A stretch of 64,000 nt of DNA from Octopus vulgaris (GCA_951406725.2 OX597836.1:22940001-23004000), one strand, 5' to 3'. Positions 26,951-40,163 are shown, counted from the stretch's first letter. Translations and numbers: made by a program. The notes: generated by a model not told the origin, from the sequence alone.

Positions 26951-27021
26951 TTTCCTCTGTATTGGTGTTGGGATTTTGTATCCTTTGTGTAAGATCCCTT
27001 TAAAGACAGGCTGGGACAGAC
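26951..27021 (-). CDS. DDX54: DDX54 exon 3, [23 protein letters not shown] (Q motif)
   Basis: AG/GT sites, phase 1 to 0, GYxxPTPIQ Q motif. Confidence 0.95.
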
Positions 27022-27339
27022 CTGAAAAATAAGGAAATAACATTCAGCCATTAATTAAATTAAATTTTGAATTAAAATCTTCCATCAAACCTTAGTCACA
27101 ATTTATGTTCCTAACACTAGCTTAATGATAAAGTTATTTTACTAAAGTATTTGTTATCATCATCATCATCATTTAACGTCTGTTTTCCGCGCTAGCACGG
27201 GTTGGACAGTTCGACCAGGGTCTGGGAAGCCAGGGGCTGCACCAGGCTCCAGTCTGATCTGGCAGAGTTTCTACAGCTGGATGCCCTTCCAAACGCCAAC
27301 CACTCCGCGAGTGTAGTGGGTGCTTTTTACGTGCCACCT

Positions 27340-27860
27340 GCACAGGTGCCAGGGGTGTCTGGCATCAGCCACGATCGGTTGGTGCTTTTAACGTGCCACC
27401 GGCACGGAAGCCAGCCAAGGCGGCGCTGGCAACGGCCACGTTCGGATGGTGCTTTTTTATGTGCCACCGGCACTGGAGCCAGTCGAGGCAGCGCTGGGAT
27501 CGGCCACGTTCGGACGGTGCTTTTTATGTGCCACCAGCACAGAAGCCAGTCGGGGCGGTGCTGGCAACGACCACGTTCGGATGGTGCTTTTTTATGTGCC
27601 ACTGGCACTGGAGCCAGTCGGGGCGGCGCTGGCATCGGCCACGTTCGGATGGTGCTTTTTATGTGCTACCAGCACAAAAGCCAGTCGGGGCGGCGCTGGC
27701 ATCGGCCACGTTCGGATGGTGCCTTTTTATGTGCTACCAGCACAAAAGCCAGTCGGGGCGGCGCTGGCATCGGCCACGTTCGGATGGTGCTTTTTATGTG
27801 CTACCGGTACAGAAGCCAGTTGAGGCCACGTTTGGATGGTGCTTTTTATGTGCCACCGGC
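27340..27860. repeat. ~57-bp tandem repeat within an RTE 3'UTR copy
   Basis: Repeated GCCAGTCGGGGCGGCGCTGGCATCGGCCACGTTCGGATGGTGCTTTTTATGTGC units. Confidence 0.9.
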
Positions 27861-28240
27861 ATAGGTATCACAACTACTATTTCCATTGATATTTCGATGT
27901 TCATGTTATATTTAAAGTAACTGAAGAAACACAGAGCATCTCAAAATAAATACAGTAATAAAAAGGTTAAGGATACAACACACCACGTAGGAATTGAAAC
28001 CATTATCTCGCGATCATGATTGCAACTCTCTAACGACTAGGCCACATGCCCTCAATAGTGGGCTTCTTTCAGTTTGTCTACCAAATCCAGCCGACAAGGT
28101 TTGGGCTGACCTGGGGTTTATAGCAGAAGACACTTGCCCAAGGTGCAATGGAATGGAACTGAACCCAAAACTGTGTGATTTGGAAGTAAACTTCCCAACC
28201 ACATGGCCAAGCCTGCACCTTGCCACTAACTTTCCACATA

Positions 28241-28389
28241 CTCTCTTTACTCTTTTACTTGTTTCAGTCATTTGACTGCGGCCATGCTGGAGCACCGCCT
28301 TTAATCGAGCAACGGGGACATAAACACACCAGCATCGGTTGTCAAGCAATGCTAGGGGGACAAACACAGACGCATAAACACACACACGC

Positions 28390-28427
<38 letters not shown>

Positions 28428-28580
28428 GACAGGCTTCTTTCAGTTTCCGTCTACCAAATCCACTCACAAGGCTTTGGTCAGCCCGAGGCTATAGCAGAAG
28501 ACACTTGCCCAAGGTGCCACGCAGTGGGACTGAACCCAGAACCATGTGGTTGGTTAGCAACCTACTTACCACACAGCCAC
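28241..28580 (-). mobile_element. SINE family A with an internal deletion
   Basis: Matches the family consensus. Confidence 0.8.
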
Positions 28581-28680
28581 AACTATCAAATGATGAGATT
28601 TTGGTGCCAAACTCGAAATAAAATTCGAGCATTTTAAGAGAAGTAGCTTGAGACAGCTACTGTTGAAAGAGTTCACTTAC

Positions 28681-28813
28681 CCATGCTTTGGAAACCACCA
28701 GATTTCTTCTTTTTGCGGTTTTGTTCCTGAATTAGTTTCCGTGCTTCAGAACTTTCCTCCTCCATGGTGAGTTCTTCACCATCATACATGTCTTCAACAT
28801 CGATTACTGGTTT
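28681..28813 (-). CDS. DDX54: DDX54 exon 2, KPVIDVED...QNRKKKKSGGFQSMG
   Basis: CAG acceptor, GTAAGT donor; KKKSGGFQSMGL is the hallmark DDX54/Dbp10 segment before the Q motif. Confidence 0.95.
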
Positions 28814-29499
28814 CTGAGGTAAAAAATAAAGAAAAAGAAAGGATGAAAGGGAGATTCTCCTGGATAAGAAGCTAGTCTACTTTAACTCCCTTTGTTACTA
28901 TATCTCTGTCAAAACACACTGCTTCTGATTCAATTAATTTTGAAAATAATGAAGAATTTAAAAACTTTGCCATTATTAAAATGGTGTTTGAAGCATAGAT
29001 TAACATGGAATTTTAATGGAAAGTCTTAATTTAGGTAACTTTAAAACAAAGAGTTTGTGTCATGGAACCAGGAGCAGTCTTAGGCAAGTTGATATCAAAA
29101 GTATTAAGCATGATCTACCACAGGAAGAATCTACTACACTAAAAGACCAGGGGGACTTAGCCAGAGCCAGATTTATAGGTGAGGCAAGGGGGCAATTGCC
29201 CTGCCCCCCCCTACTATGAGAGGTATAATGGAACACTCAATATAGAAAGGCCCCCACCTCCCAGCAATCTTGCATAAAAAGGCTCTTTTTCATTATACAA
29301 ACATTTCTTGACTTCTCAAAAATATGTAATGGACTCTCTTTTATGATAAATAACCATAAATTTCTCCATATTAGTGACATCAATTTATTCAATTAAAAAA
29401 CAGTCCCAAGAGTAGCCACACTTTATTTGGGAATTGTAGCTGCTATTCAGACTAAAACAGAGAAAAGGAAAACAATAACAAATTCCTGAAAATGTGTAT

Positions 29500-31130
29500 G
29501 CGTCATCATCGTTTAACGTCCGATTTCCATACTGGCGTGGGTTGGACGGTTTGACTGAAAATTGGAAAGCCAGGTTCCAATCTGATTTGGCATGGTTTCT
29601 ACAGCTGGGTTCCCTTGCTAACATCAAACACTTCGAGAATGTGGTGGGTGTTTTTTATATGCCACCAGCACGGGTGCCATTGATCTGACACCAGTATCAG
29701 TCACGACTATGTTTTCAATTGGCTTGATAGGTCAACACAAGCATGGTATGTCGCCAAGGGTCTTGGTCACCTGTCACTGCCTCCATGAGGTCCAACACTC
29801 GAATGGTTCTTTTTACATTCCACCAGCACTGGCACCAGCCACAACTATGATTTCACTCAGTTCGACAGGTCTTCACAAGCACAGTATATTGCCCAACGAT
29901 TGAAAGGTGTTTTAACGGGCCAGTTACACGACACTGGCGTCATCCACAACTCCGATCACACTTGGCTTGACGGATCTTTTTAAGCACAGCATATCTCCAA
30001 AGGTCTTGGTCACTTGTCATTGCCACTGTGAGGCCCAACATTCGAAGTTCGTGCTTCACCACCTTATCCCATATCTTCCTGGGTCTACCTCTACCACAGG
30101 TTCCCTCCACCATTAGAGTGCGACACTTCTTCACACAGCTGTCTTAATCCATATGCATCACATGACCATACTAGCGCAGTTGCCTCTCTTGCACACCTCA
30201 TCTGATGCATCTTATGTCCAACTTTTCTCTCAGGACACTTACACAGTTGTGCATGTACTCTGACATTACACATCCAGTGGAGCATACTAGCTTCATTTTT
30301 TAGAAGCCTATGCATGTCCTCAGCAGTCACAGTCCATGTTCGCACACAGGCATCATACAGTCTACCTTTCACTCCTGAACTTAGCCCGGCCTATTCTTAT
30401 TCTAGCAGCTATGATCTCAAAGCATCCACCCCTGCTACTGACTTGGTCATCAAGCTAACAGAAGCTATTGACTACTACTAGTTTTCCCCTCTGGCATGTG
30501 ATGGAATCTATTCTGTACATTTTTTGGTGTTTATTGTACCTGCACACCTTCCACACACAAAAACTATCCTCCCTGTAAACCTTCCTCTGAGATTGCTGCA
30601 TCTCTTTTGTGTCCATGGTTTACACTGGGTGCATCTTGTGGAGTTTCTACCTATGCCTTTTCTACAGATCAAGCAGGGCCACCTACCTGAAAGGATTTGT
30701 GATTTGTCTGCCTTCCTACTTACTAAGACTTTGGTTTTTGCTAAGTTAACTTTAAGGCCCTTTGATTCTAGACCTTGCTTCCACACCTGAAACTTCTCTA
30801 GCTCTGGTAGTGATTCAGCTATAAGAGCAAGGTTATCAGCATAGAGGAGCAGCCTGTCTTTTAAATTCCTCTGTTATCACCTGGAGGACTATGATGAATA
30901 AGAAGGGGCTGAGGCCTGATCCTTGGTGAACCCCTACTTATACCCTGAATTCTTCGTTGCCAGCCTACACTTACTGACAGCATCCTTGTACATGGCTTAT
31001 ACAGCTCTCACCAACCACTCATCTATCCGTAGTTTTTGCATAGACCACCAGATAAGGGATTGGAGGACCCTGTCAGAAGATTTCTCCATGTAAACAAAAG
31101 CCAAGTACAGAGGTTTATCTTTGGCTAAGC
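29500..31130 (-). mobile_element. RTE-clade LINE fragment (RT end, Cys-rich insert, C-terminus, 3'UTR), frameshifted
   Basis: Remnants resembling HQGS..SP.LF and LYADNL, plus WPCxICRKG, KGRLYDACVRT and GRGRPRK.W; (GAT)n tail. Confidence 0.9.
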
Positions 31131-31310
31131 ATTTTGCATCTGAAATGGAAGCTCGCAATTGTTATATTGCAATACTTGCAATATGACAATTTCAAGCTTT
31201 GGGAGTAAAAATTGGTCAGCACAATTGCTGTTGTTTACTTAATGTGTTCTTACTTCGCACTACAGTTTTAAGTTGTGATAAGAGACACACTTGGCAGTTA
31301 TTTCTAGGAA

Positions 31311-31691
31311 GTGGAAGCGCAATGGCCCAGTGGTTAGGGCAGCGGACTCGCGGTCATAGGATCGCGGTTTCGATTCCCAGACCGGGCGTTGTGAGTGTTT
31401 ATTGAGCGAAAACACCTAAAGCTCCACGATGCTCCGGCAAGGATGGTGGTGATCCCTGCTATACTCTTTCACCACAACTTTCTCTCACTCTTACTTCCTG
31501 TTTCTGTTGTACCTGTATTTCAAAGGGCCGGCCTTGTCACTCTCTGTGTCACGCTGAATATCCCCGAGAACTACGTTAAGGGTACACGTGTCTGTGGAGT
31601 GCTCAGCCACTTACACGTTAATTTCACGAGCAGGCTGTTCCGTTGATTCGGATCAACCGGAACCCTCGTCGTCGTAACCGACGGAGTGCTT
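31311..31691 (+). mobile_element. Young tRNA-derived SINE family C (CpG-intact)
   Basis: A-box TGGCCCAGTGG, B-box GGTTTCGATTCCC; near-identical inverted copy at 20117-20494. Confidence 0.85.
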
Positions 31692-32149
31692 AAGAAGAAG
31701 ATTTCTAGGAAATCGAACGACCACGACGTATACGCTCACTGGTTCGCGCGTATGTTTAGTAACAACTGATAAGCATACGTAATTCAGTTTCAAATAGTCT
31801 GCAAACTTCACTTAAACTATTATTACTACGAATAAAAAATATATATCATTACGGTGTTGCTGAAACTGATTAGCAAGTAATTCTTTCTTTTTCAAATTTT
31901 ATACTGCCGTCCGGAAAGACACATCAAATAATATGGCTCTACATACACTGTCTGGCGAAAAATCGGTAGAGTCACGTATGGAACGCCTTTATTTGTAGAT
32001 TTGTTGGATGAGGACCTACCTGTCTAAACAACAACCAAAGTTAGGGCAGAACAAGTTTTTCTTAGGTTTGAACAATTTATCATTAAGAATGACATGTCAA
32101 AAGTAAATGTTTGATACCGAAACCATCTTAAATAAATTGTTTTACTTAC

Positions 32150-32200
32150 CGAATCTTTTTCTTCTTCTTTAATTTGTTTCTTTTTAAGTTTTCGCCCCAT
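32150..32200 (-). CDS. DDX54: DDX54 (DBP10-like DEAD-box RNA helicase) coding exon 1, MGRKLKKKQIKEEEKDS
   Basis: ATG at 32200, donor GTAAGT, phase 0, joins exon 2 in frame; lies next to a CpG-containing promoter-like region. Confidence 0.8.
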
Positions 32201-32340
32201 GATGGGAAATCAAAACTAACACTGACAAAACACGTGTGATAACCGGAAACGGTGTTACTACCAGATTATATTCCGTCGTTAAATTATTTCCGTGGGAGAC
32301 ACATTACATTGGTGATAGTAGGTTGCGGGCGTGTAATTGT
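32201..32340. promoter_or_regulatory. DDX54 5'UTR/promoter with E-box (AACACGTGTG) and ETS-like ACCGGAAAC
   Basis: CACGTG at 32231-32236, ACCGGAAAC at 32242-32250; CpG-retaining unique sequence just upstream of the ATG. Confidence 0.55.
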
Positions 32341-32783
32341 TTTAATTCTCCTTCTTAGCCCATGTTTTGGTAAAAAGTATTGTACGCCACAACCATATTT
32401 CACCTCAAGAGATGTTGTACCTACTCAAAAGAAATTGCTATTTTACTTGGTTCTGCACGAGGTAATGTAAAGTTACCCCAAGGTTTGGGATTGAGCTCAG
32501 AATATAGAATCTTCGACTTAGATATTCTAGAAAAAAAATATCCAGGGCAATATTCTGTCTCAAGATATCTCTTCCCGTTTGATTTTCCTTGGAATAAAGT
32601 GAGCTATATGAGTAATGGAGGGGTTTGATTATAGCGTTAAAGCCCCTTTGTCAGGATACCAACTTTAGCCAGAATTAATTCATCAAAATATAATGAATTA
32701 AATCTACAAACAAATAATTTTTCAATAATTTCTATCTGTCTAACAATACGTATGTATGTATGTGCATATATGTATATGAATGA

Positions 32784-32837
<54 letters not shown>

Positions 32838-33679
32838 TCTTCTATGTCCATGTATGTATCTATATTCTCCTATTTTTAATTATTTGGAGTCTTCCAGTAA
32901 GGAAGGAGATGGTTTCTAACAAAACTATAAATCTTTATTGTGGGAATGTAGATAAAAATTAATTCCCATTTTCAACTTGAGAAAAAGTCTTGCATATTTT
33001 TACTGTTCCACTGATAGATTGGATGTCTTGCAAACAACTTGCACATAGATTGTATTTGTAATGTGCAAATAGCTTGATTTCTTTTTCTGAAAAGCTCAGG
33101 GTACTTGTTGGTTATCTCACCCCTAATTAAAAAGTGGACTTGAAAGGGTCGTCCTTCATTTTCAATACACAAGTTGACTCATCTATACGTTTTGAAATAC
33201 ATCTTGGAGAGTCAGAATGAAAATATTCACAGCAGATAGACTTTTTGAGCACCCTGTATTAGGACCTCTCTTTGCTTCCCACTGTTCTAAGCCTACTATA
33301 ATAAGATATCACTTACACCCCACCCCAGCCTACCTAAGAACCAGTCTAGCAGACTCCTATCTCACCTGGGTCACTTACTTTAGATATTGTATTACACACT
33401 TTCAAGAATTATATTCTTAACCTCAACGGCCAACTTTGTTGGTCATTCTCCCATTTCATAGTTGGCCTCCACAGACTTCAGCCACATCTCTGCTGTATTC
33501 TTGGGATATTCTTATGTTTGGAAAATTATGTTTCATCTGATGATTATGGTTTTTTGTAATGAGGTAATGTTCTCATTCTTCTATTAAAAAGATATGTAAG
33601 AAACAGCTGTAATGAGCTGACAATTATCCAGCATATGTTATTATTCATTTGAGTATATATATATATATATATATATATT

Positions 33680-34800
33680 AGAGAAGTTTCAGGTGTGGAA
33701 TCAAGGTCTAGAATCGAAGGGCCTTAGAGTCAATCTTGCAAAAACCAAAGTCTTAATAAGTAGGAAGGCAAACAAATCCCAAATCCATTCAGGTAGATGG
33801 CCCTGCTCAATCTGTAGAAAAGGCGTAGGTAGAAAGATGTACACAGTGTAAACTATGGAAACATAAGAGGTGCAGCAATATCAGAGGAAGGCTAACTGAG
33901 AAGATAGGTTTTGTGTGTGGCAAGTGCTCAGGGGCAATAAACACTGAAAATGGGCAGAAAACAGCTTCTGTCACATTCCAGGGGGTAACTACAAGTAGTG
34001 GACAGCTTCCATTATCTAGGTGACCAAGTCAGTAGTAGGGGTGGTTGCTCTGAGAGTGTAGCTGCTAGAATAAGAATAGCCTGGGCAAAGTTCAGAGAGC
34101 TGTTGGTGACAAAGGGCCTCTCATTCAGAGTAAAAGGTAGACTGTATGACATGTGTGCAAACAGCCATGCTACATGGCAGTGAAACATTGGCTGTGACTG
34201 CTGAAGACATGTGTAAGCTTGTAAGAAATGAAGCTAGTATGCTCCACTGGATGTATAATGCTAGTGTACATACACGACAGAGTGTAAGTGCCCTGAGAGA
34301 AAAGTTGGACACACGATGCATCAGATGTGGTGTGCAAGAGAGATGACTGCCCTGGTATGGTCATGTATTGTGTATGTATGAAAGTGTCACACCGTAGCAG
34401 TAGAGGGAACCTGTGGAAGAGTTAGACCCAGGAAGACCTGGGACGAGGTGTTGAAGCATAACCTTTGAATATTGGGCCTCACCAAAGCGATGATAAGTGA
34501 CCAAAAGCTTTGGAGATATGCTGTGATTGAGAAGAGCCAGCAAACCAAATGAGACCGTAACCTTGGCCTAAGCCAGTGCAGCATAACCAGACCATTTAAG
34601 AGTACCCTTGGGCAATAAACTGCACTTGCGAAGACCTGTTAAGGCAAGTGAAGTCATTGTCATGGTCATGTCAGTGCCGCCCGACTGGTCTCGTGCCGGT
34701 GGCACGTAAAAAGCACCACTTGAGCGTGATCGTTACCAGTGCCACTTGACTTGCTCCCATGCCAGTGGCATGTAAAAAGCACCATTCAAGTGCAGTCGAT
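33680..34800 (+). mobile_element. RTE-clade LINE 3' fragment, same family, inserted next to (TA)n
   Basis: DSFHYLGD, ARIRIAWAKFREL, KGRLY motifs; 3'UTR units GTGGCACGTAAAAAGCACC. Confidence 0.9.
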
Positions 34801-35055
34801 GCATCACTTGACAACTGATGCTGGTGTGTTTATGTCCCCATAACTTAGTGGTTCAGCAAATAGAGAGCGATAAAATAAGAACTAAGCTTACAAAGTGCAA
34901 GTCCTGGGGGTTGATTTCATCAACTAAAAAAATACTCCAGCATGGCCGCAGTCAAATGCCTGAAACAAGTAAAAGAATAAAAAAAAAGAATATGTGTGAG
35001 TATGTGTATGTGTGTATATATGTGTATACAATGTATACACACACATATATAATGT

Positions 35056-35091
<36 letters not shown>

Positions 35092-35504
35092 TTTCTGGAT
35101 GAAGATACTTCTTCCATTTAGGGCATTATTCCCTAGGTTTCCAAGGTTTTAATCATACTTTATTTAAGGGATTCCTTTTATTTCTGTATGAAATTGACTT
35201 TTACAATGATCTTTATGCATGTATATATACATGTGTGTGTGTGTCTGTTTCTGTGTTTGTCCCCCACCTCTACTTGACAACTGGTGTTGGTTTGTTTATG
35301 CCCCTGTAAATTCAGCAAAAAAAAAATGATAAGATAAGTCCTTTTGTTCAATCAGTCAACTAAAATTCTTCAAGACAGTGCCCCATCATGGCCACAATCT
35401 AATGACTAAAGGAAGTATAAAAATAAAAGAATAGAAGTATATGTTGGCCACTGAAAAAAATTTTTTAATATTTTATCCTTAATTATATTTGTGTGTATAT
35501 ATAC

Positions 35505-35802
35505 GTGTGTGTGTGTATCTATAAATATGTATGTGTGTGTGTGTATCTATAAATATGTATGTGTGTGTGTATCTATAAATATGTATGTGTGTGTGTATCT
35601 ATAAATATGTATGTGTGTGTGTGTATCTATAAATACGTATGTGTGTGTGTATCTATAAATATGTATGTGTGTGTGTATCTATAAATATGTATGTGTATGT
35701 GTATCTATAAATATGTGTGTGTGTGTATCTATAAATATGTATGTGTGTGTATCTATAAATATGTATGTGTGTGTGTATCTATAAATATGTATGTGTGTGT
35801 GT
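35505..35802. repeat. ~30-bp minisatellite GTATCTATAAATATGTATGTGTGTGT
   Basis: About 10 tandem units with variable (GT)n length. Confidence 0.9.
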
Positions 35803-36329
35803 CTGTGACTGACTATCTGTCTCTGTGTGCACACCTATCTCTCTCTCTATATATATATTATTGGAAGCAAAGTTAAAACAATTGTGTGGAGAGCGACCGT
35901 GAAATAGTTCGGCCTGAATTATCTTCCCCTGAATTTTGTGACGACATAACATCTTTGAAGTGAACGTTCAGTGTTTGGTCCGTCATCTCTCAAAATAGTG
36001 TGGTGGAAGCAAACCAGCCAAGTTTGGATTGCTTTTTTTTATTCTTTTTTACGGGGGAACATCCCCTAAAGCAACAACAACAACACAAAAACAATTTGAT
36101 TTCTGCTGTTTTCACAAGGAACAACTTTATTCTTCATTCCTCACACCTTAACACACCATTATTCCCTGCCACACAGTTTTTTGGGTCGTCATCGTCGTTA
36201 ATGTTGTCATAGCCGCTTCATTTTATTTGTTTTTTCCTTTTTAAATTATTTATCTTGTTCTCCCATAAGGTACATTAAGAGTTTTCAGTTTATTTCTATT
36301 ATTACTTCCCGCTGTTTCTCTTGTCTATC

Positions 36330-36720
36330 TATGTGTTCTGCTTGTGTTTTTAAATCTCTCTCTGTCTCTTGTTTATCCATCTTTATCTGTCTACCTTCTT
36401 TTCCTCATCTTTCTCTATCTTATCTCTCTCTCTCTCTCTATCTATCTATCTGTCTATCTATATATCTATCTCTATCTATCTATGTATCTATCTATCTACT
36501 CTCTTTTCTCTCTCTCTCTCTCTTTATCTATCTATCTTTCTATCTACTCTATTTTCTCTCCTATCTATGTCTATATTTTGTATCTATCTTCCTTTCCCTT
36601 TCTGTATCTCTGTTTCTCTACTTATCTTGTCTATATCTAAATCTGCATTTCTCTACCTCTACCTCTATGTAACTATTTGTCTGTCTCTGTAAATTGATCT
36701 CTCTCTCTCTTTCTCTCTCT
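36330..36720. repeat. (CT)n/(CTAT)n low-complexity pyrimidine tract
   Basis: Directly visible. Confidence 0.9.
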
Positions 36721-39572
36721 AAACATCGCAATTTGTTGAAAATAGTTTCTTGATTGTGCCAAAGGTTCGAGTCCTCGTTCACATGTTTAATATACATCAG
36801 TTATTTCTTTTGAACTCTCTACATATACATACATGCACATCACACGCACACATATAACCCTATATATATATATATGCACTTGTATATATAATAACTTTAC
36901 ATATATTTCCTGATTTCCTGGGAATTCTAATCCACCATTACCACTACTACCATCGACAACAGCAAACGTTGTTTATCAGTTTCATTTACTAAATACCTGG
37001 ACATGTGTTTCCAATGTCGCCCCGTGGGAACGATATGTCTCTCGTTCGAGTGATCGGGAGGGCCGCGGTGTCTCTCAATAAAATAAGGATCAGTAAATTC
37101 GGTAGGGAAATGGGGGAGGGCATTAAAATCACTTACACACCTTGTGCCTACTCGACAAAAAGCCATCATCATCATCGTCGATGTCTTTAGAGCTTGTTGA
37201 TCTTGATTAGCGAAACCTTTCCTTTTCAAGTCAGCTCTGATTGAGCTGACGTTCCAACCGTGAATATCTCGTTCTTTTCCTTTATTTATTTATTATTTTT
37301 TTTAGAGACATCTACAACATAAATCCTTATTTCAGACATTGTGTGATTTGAGGGATAGTTCTATGGCTACTCTTTCTAGCAGACCGATTGGCCACATAAA
37401 TTCCTCTACCTCTCGTGTGGTTTTGTTATAAAGGTGCAAGGCTATATAATAATAATATGAAAGGTTGAATGAGATTACGTGATGTTCATGTCTTTCTATG
37501 GGGAGGTATTATCGGCCCTTTTATCAACACATTACCGTTCCTGTACGCCTTTTAAAGCCTTTGTTGCAGACATTCTCAACCTTAGGGTCCCGATATCCTC
37601 TAAGGATCGCGGAAACATTCTTTATTTTACTTTAGAAATGATCGACAAAATTTTTGTAAGTTTATCATACTATAAGCAATAAAAAACATAATAGCCACAG
37701 CATGTAAACAAGCAACTGATGGATATTTCCTATGGAAAAATCATCAAAATGTTAAATTCTTGGAATTTATTTTAAAAATAAGTATCGTGGGGGAGAGAGT
37801 TATTGGTTACGACAATATTTAACCACTAGGAATCCCTTTGATTCCCATTTTACTCGGATGGACCCCTACACCCATTCGATGTCGAGAAAAATCATATTAC
37901 ATATTTATAATTAAATATTAAGTATTGTATAAAAAAAAAAGAATTGTTAAAATATTTTGTGCATTGTAGAAGTATGCTCAATATATTGCCGATAAATCTC
38001 AACAAGAAAACCTCATATGGAACCCTAAGGGCCATATGTACCCCGGTTGAAAACCAGAGGATTAAGGGGTCGCAACGGAGAAAGGATCGGGTTGGGGAAC
38101 TGGTGTTTTGTTGCTCAAGGCGGGGGATATCTGTGTACCGTATGTGCGCACCATAAGTGGATTGATGGTGGCGGCGCGGGAGGGGGTATAAGATTCTGTG
38201 TTGTTCATGCTGTTTCCAAAAGCATTAGTTATGTCATTGATACGGAAAGATTAAATACGCTAAAGAATCGAAGTCGGGTCCTCGATTTGAGGGTCGCCGG
38301 TGGTTTAGTATATCCTTCCACGTCTACCTGACGTGTATACAATGCTTCACGACCGAACAAGGGTGCCAATTCTGTGTTACTCGGTAGACCTGCTAGAAAC
38401 AACAGCCAATCCCCCTACATACATTATTACATAATGTAATATATATGTATTTCTTTGTTGCCCACAAGGGGCTAAACATAGAGAGGACAAACAAAGTGAT
38501 TAAGTCAATTACATTGACCCCCAGTGTATAACTGGTACTTTATTTATCGACCCTGAAAGGATGAAAGGCAAAGTTGACCTCATATATATAATGTAATATA
38601 TATGATGTATGCAATACCCGAAGAAAGATGAGATAGTCATAACGTCTCTTCTCGTGGATTTACTCAGACAGGGCTGACTTAGAGGCTTGACAACAGCAGG
38701 ATGCTTAGTGTTCAGAAGGTGTAACAGATCTTGAATACGTGTTGATGGGCTTTCGTATTGCTAGCTGCCCCGCTTGTATACTGAGATACACCTTGGGTAC
38801 CCAGCCACCGACACGAATCCACAAGTAGTCAATTTTAGCGGCTATTAACACTGAAAAGTACGGGGTCTTGTATGTTTCTTTGGAGTAAAAGTTTTAGAAA
38901 TAAACCGGGTATTTTTTAAATTGACATTACTTCCATTTGGTGTAACGTGAAATTAGAGGCAAGTATCGCTCTATCCTCATGTTTACGGCCCTAAATTCAA
39001 ATTAGATTCTTTTAATATGGTTTCACACATACACATGTAAATGTGTGTCGGTTAGTTTCCTAGAAGCTGGAGGTTTCACTTTTTGCAATTTTAAAATTTG
39101 GGTGATTATTCTGCTTTTATTTTTGTTATTTTTTTCAACTGAATTTTAGCTTCTTTAATTAGCAATTTATGGCAGCTTCCTTAACAAAGGTAACAAGTTC
39201 AAAGTCGACTCATAGCGAAATTCGAACTCAGATCAAGACGATCGTTCGGTACTCGACGTCATTAACCCACTCAACCTCCCATCATGACTATATATATATA
39301 TATATATGAATATATTTTGCATGTATATATTTATACATACACACACACACACTAACTTTTACTAGGAAAACGTTGAGTGTGACTTCAAAATTTCCGCTTG
39401 CTCACTTTCGTCAGACTTATCCTTATAAAAGTTCATAAACATGTACTCTAATAAAAAGTACTGAGTAATCAATCATTCAGTTTAAAGTTAAATTGCTTTT
39501 ATATATAAATTTCACGCGTATATATATTGTAGCAAATCGTGCAATACGAATTCACTTTCAATATACATAATC

Positions 39573-39607
<35 letters not shown>

Positions 39608-39757
39608 GATACATACAACCATGTGTAACTTTCTCTTTATAATTACTAATGTTACGACTACACGTTCTGAAACGAAACAGCCACAACATGGTCGGCTGGG
39701 TTGTTAGACATAGTTACATTCCCCTGCAAATTCGAACATCTGAGAAAACAGTCCTAT

Positions 39758-39767
<10 letters not shown>

Positions 39768-39790
<23 letters not shown>

Positions 39791-39885
39791 CACACACATA
39801 TATATATACATACATATATATATACCTATATGTATATATATGTGTGTGTGTGTATATCATTACCATCACCGGTCGTTAAACGATG

Positions 39886-39941
<56 letters not shown>

Positions 39942-40130
39942 TATATATATATATATATACACACATACATATATATATATATACACATACATACATATAT
40001 ATATACACACATATATATACATACATATATACACATACATATATATATACATACATATATACATACATATAGATATATATACATACATATATATATACAT
40101 ACATAAATACATACATACATATATACATAC

Positions 40131-40163
<33 letters not shown>

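Noticed and set aside
27202-27920. Overlapping 125-220 aa repetitive ORFs and a CRISPR-like periodic look
   Set aside because: Tandem units of an RTE 3'UTR; no unique spacers, eukaryotic context
31311-31390. tRNA-like sequence with A and B boxes
   Set aside because: SINE head: continues into a repeated body and lacks a full cloverleaf and terminator
29940-34550. Inverted RTE copies flanking the DDX54 promoter as a dsRNA source
   Set aside because: Only one copy lies within the DDX54 transcript and the two are diverged; likely independent insertions
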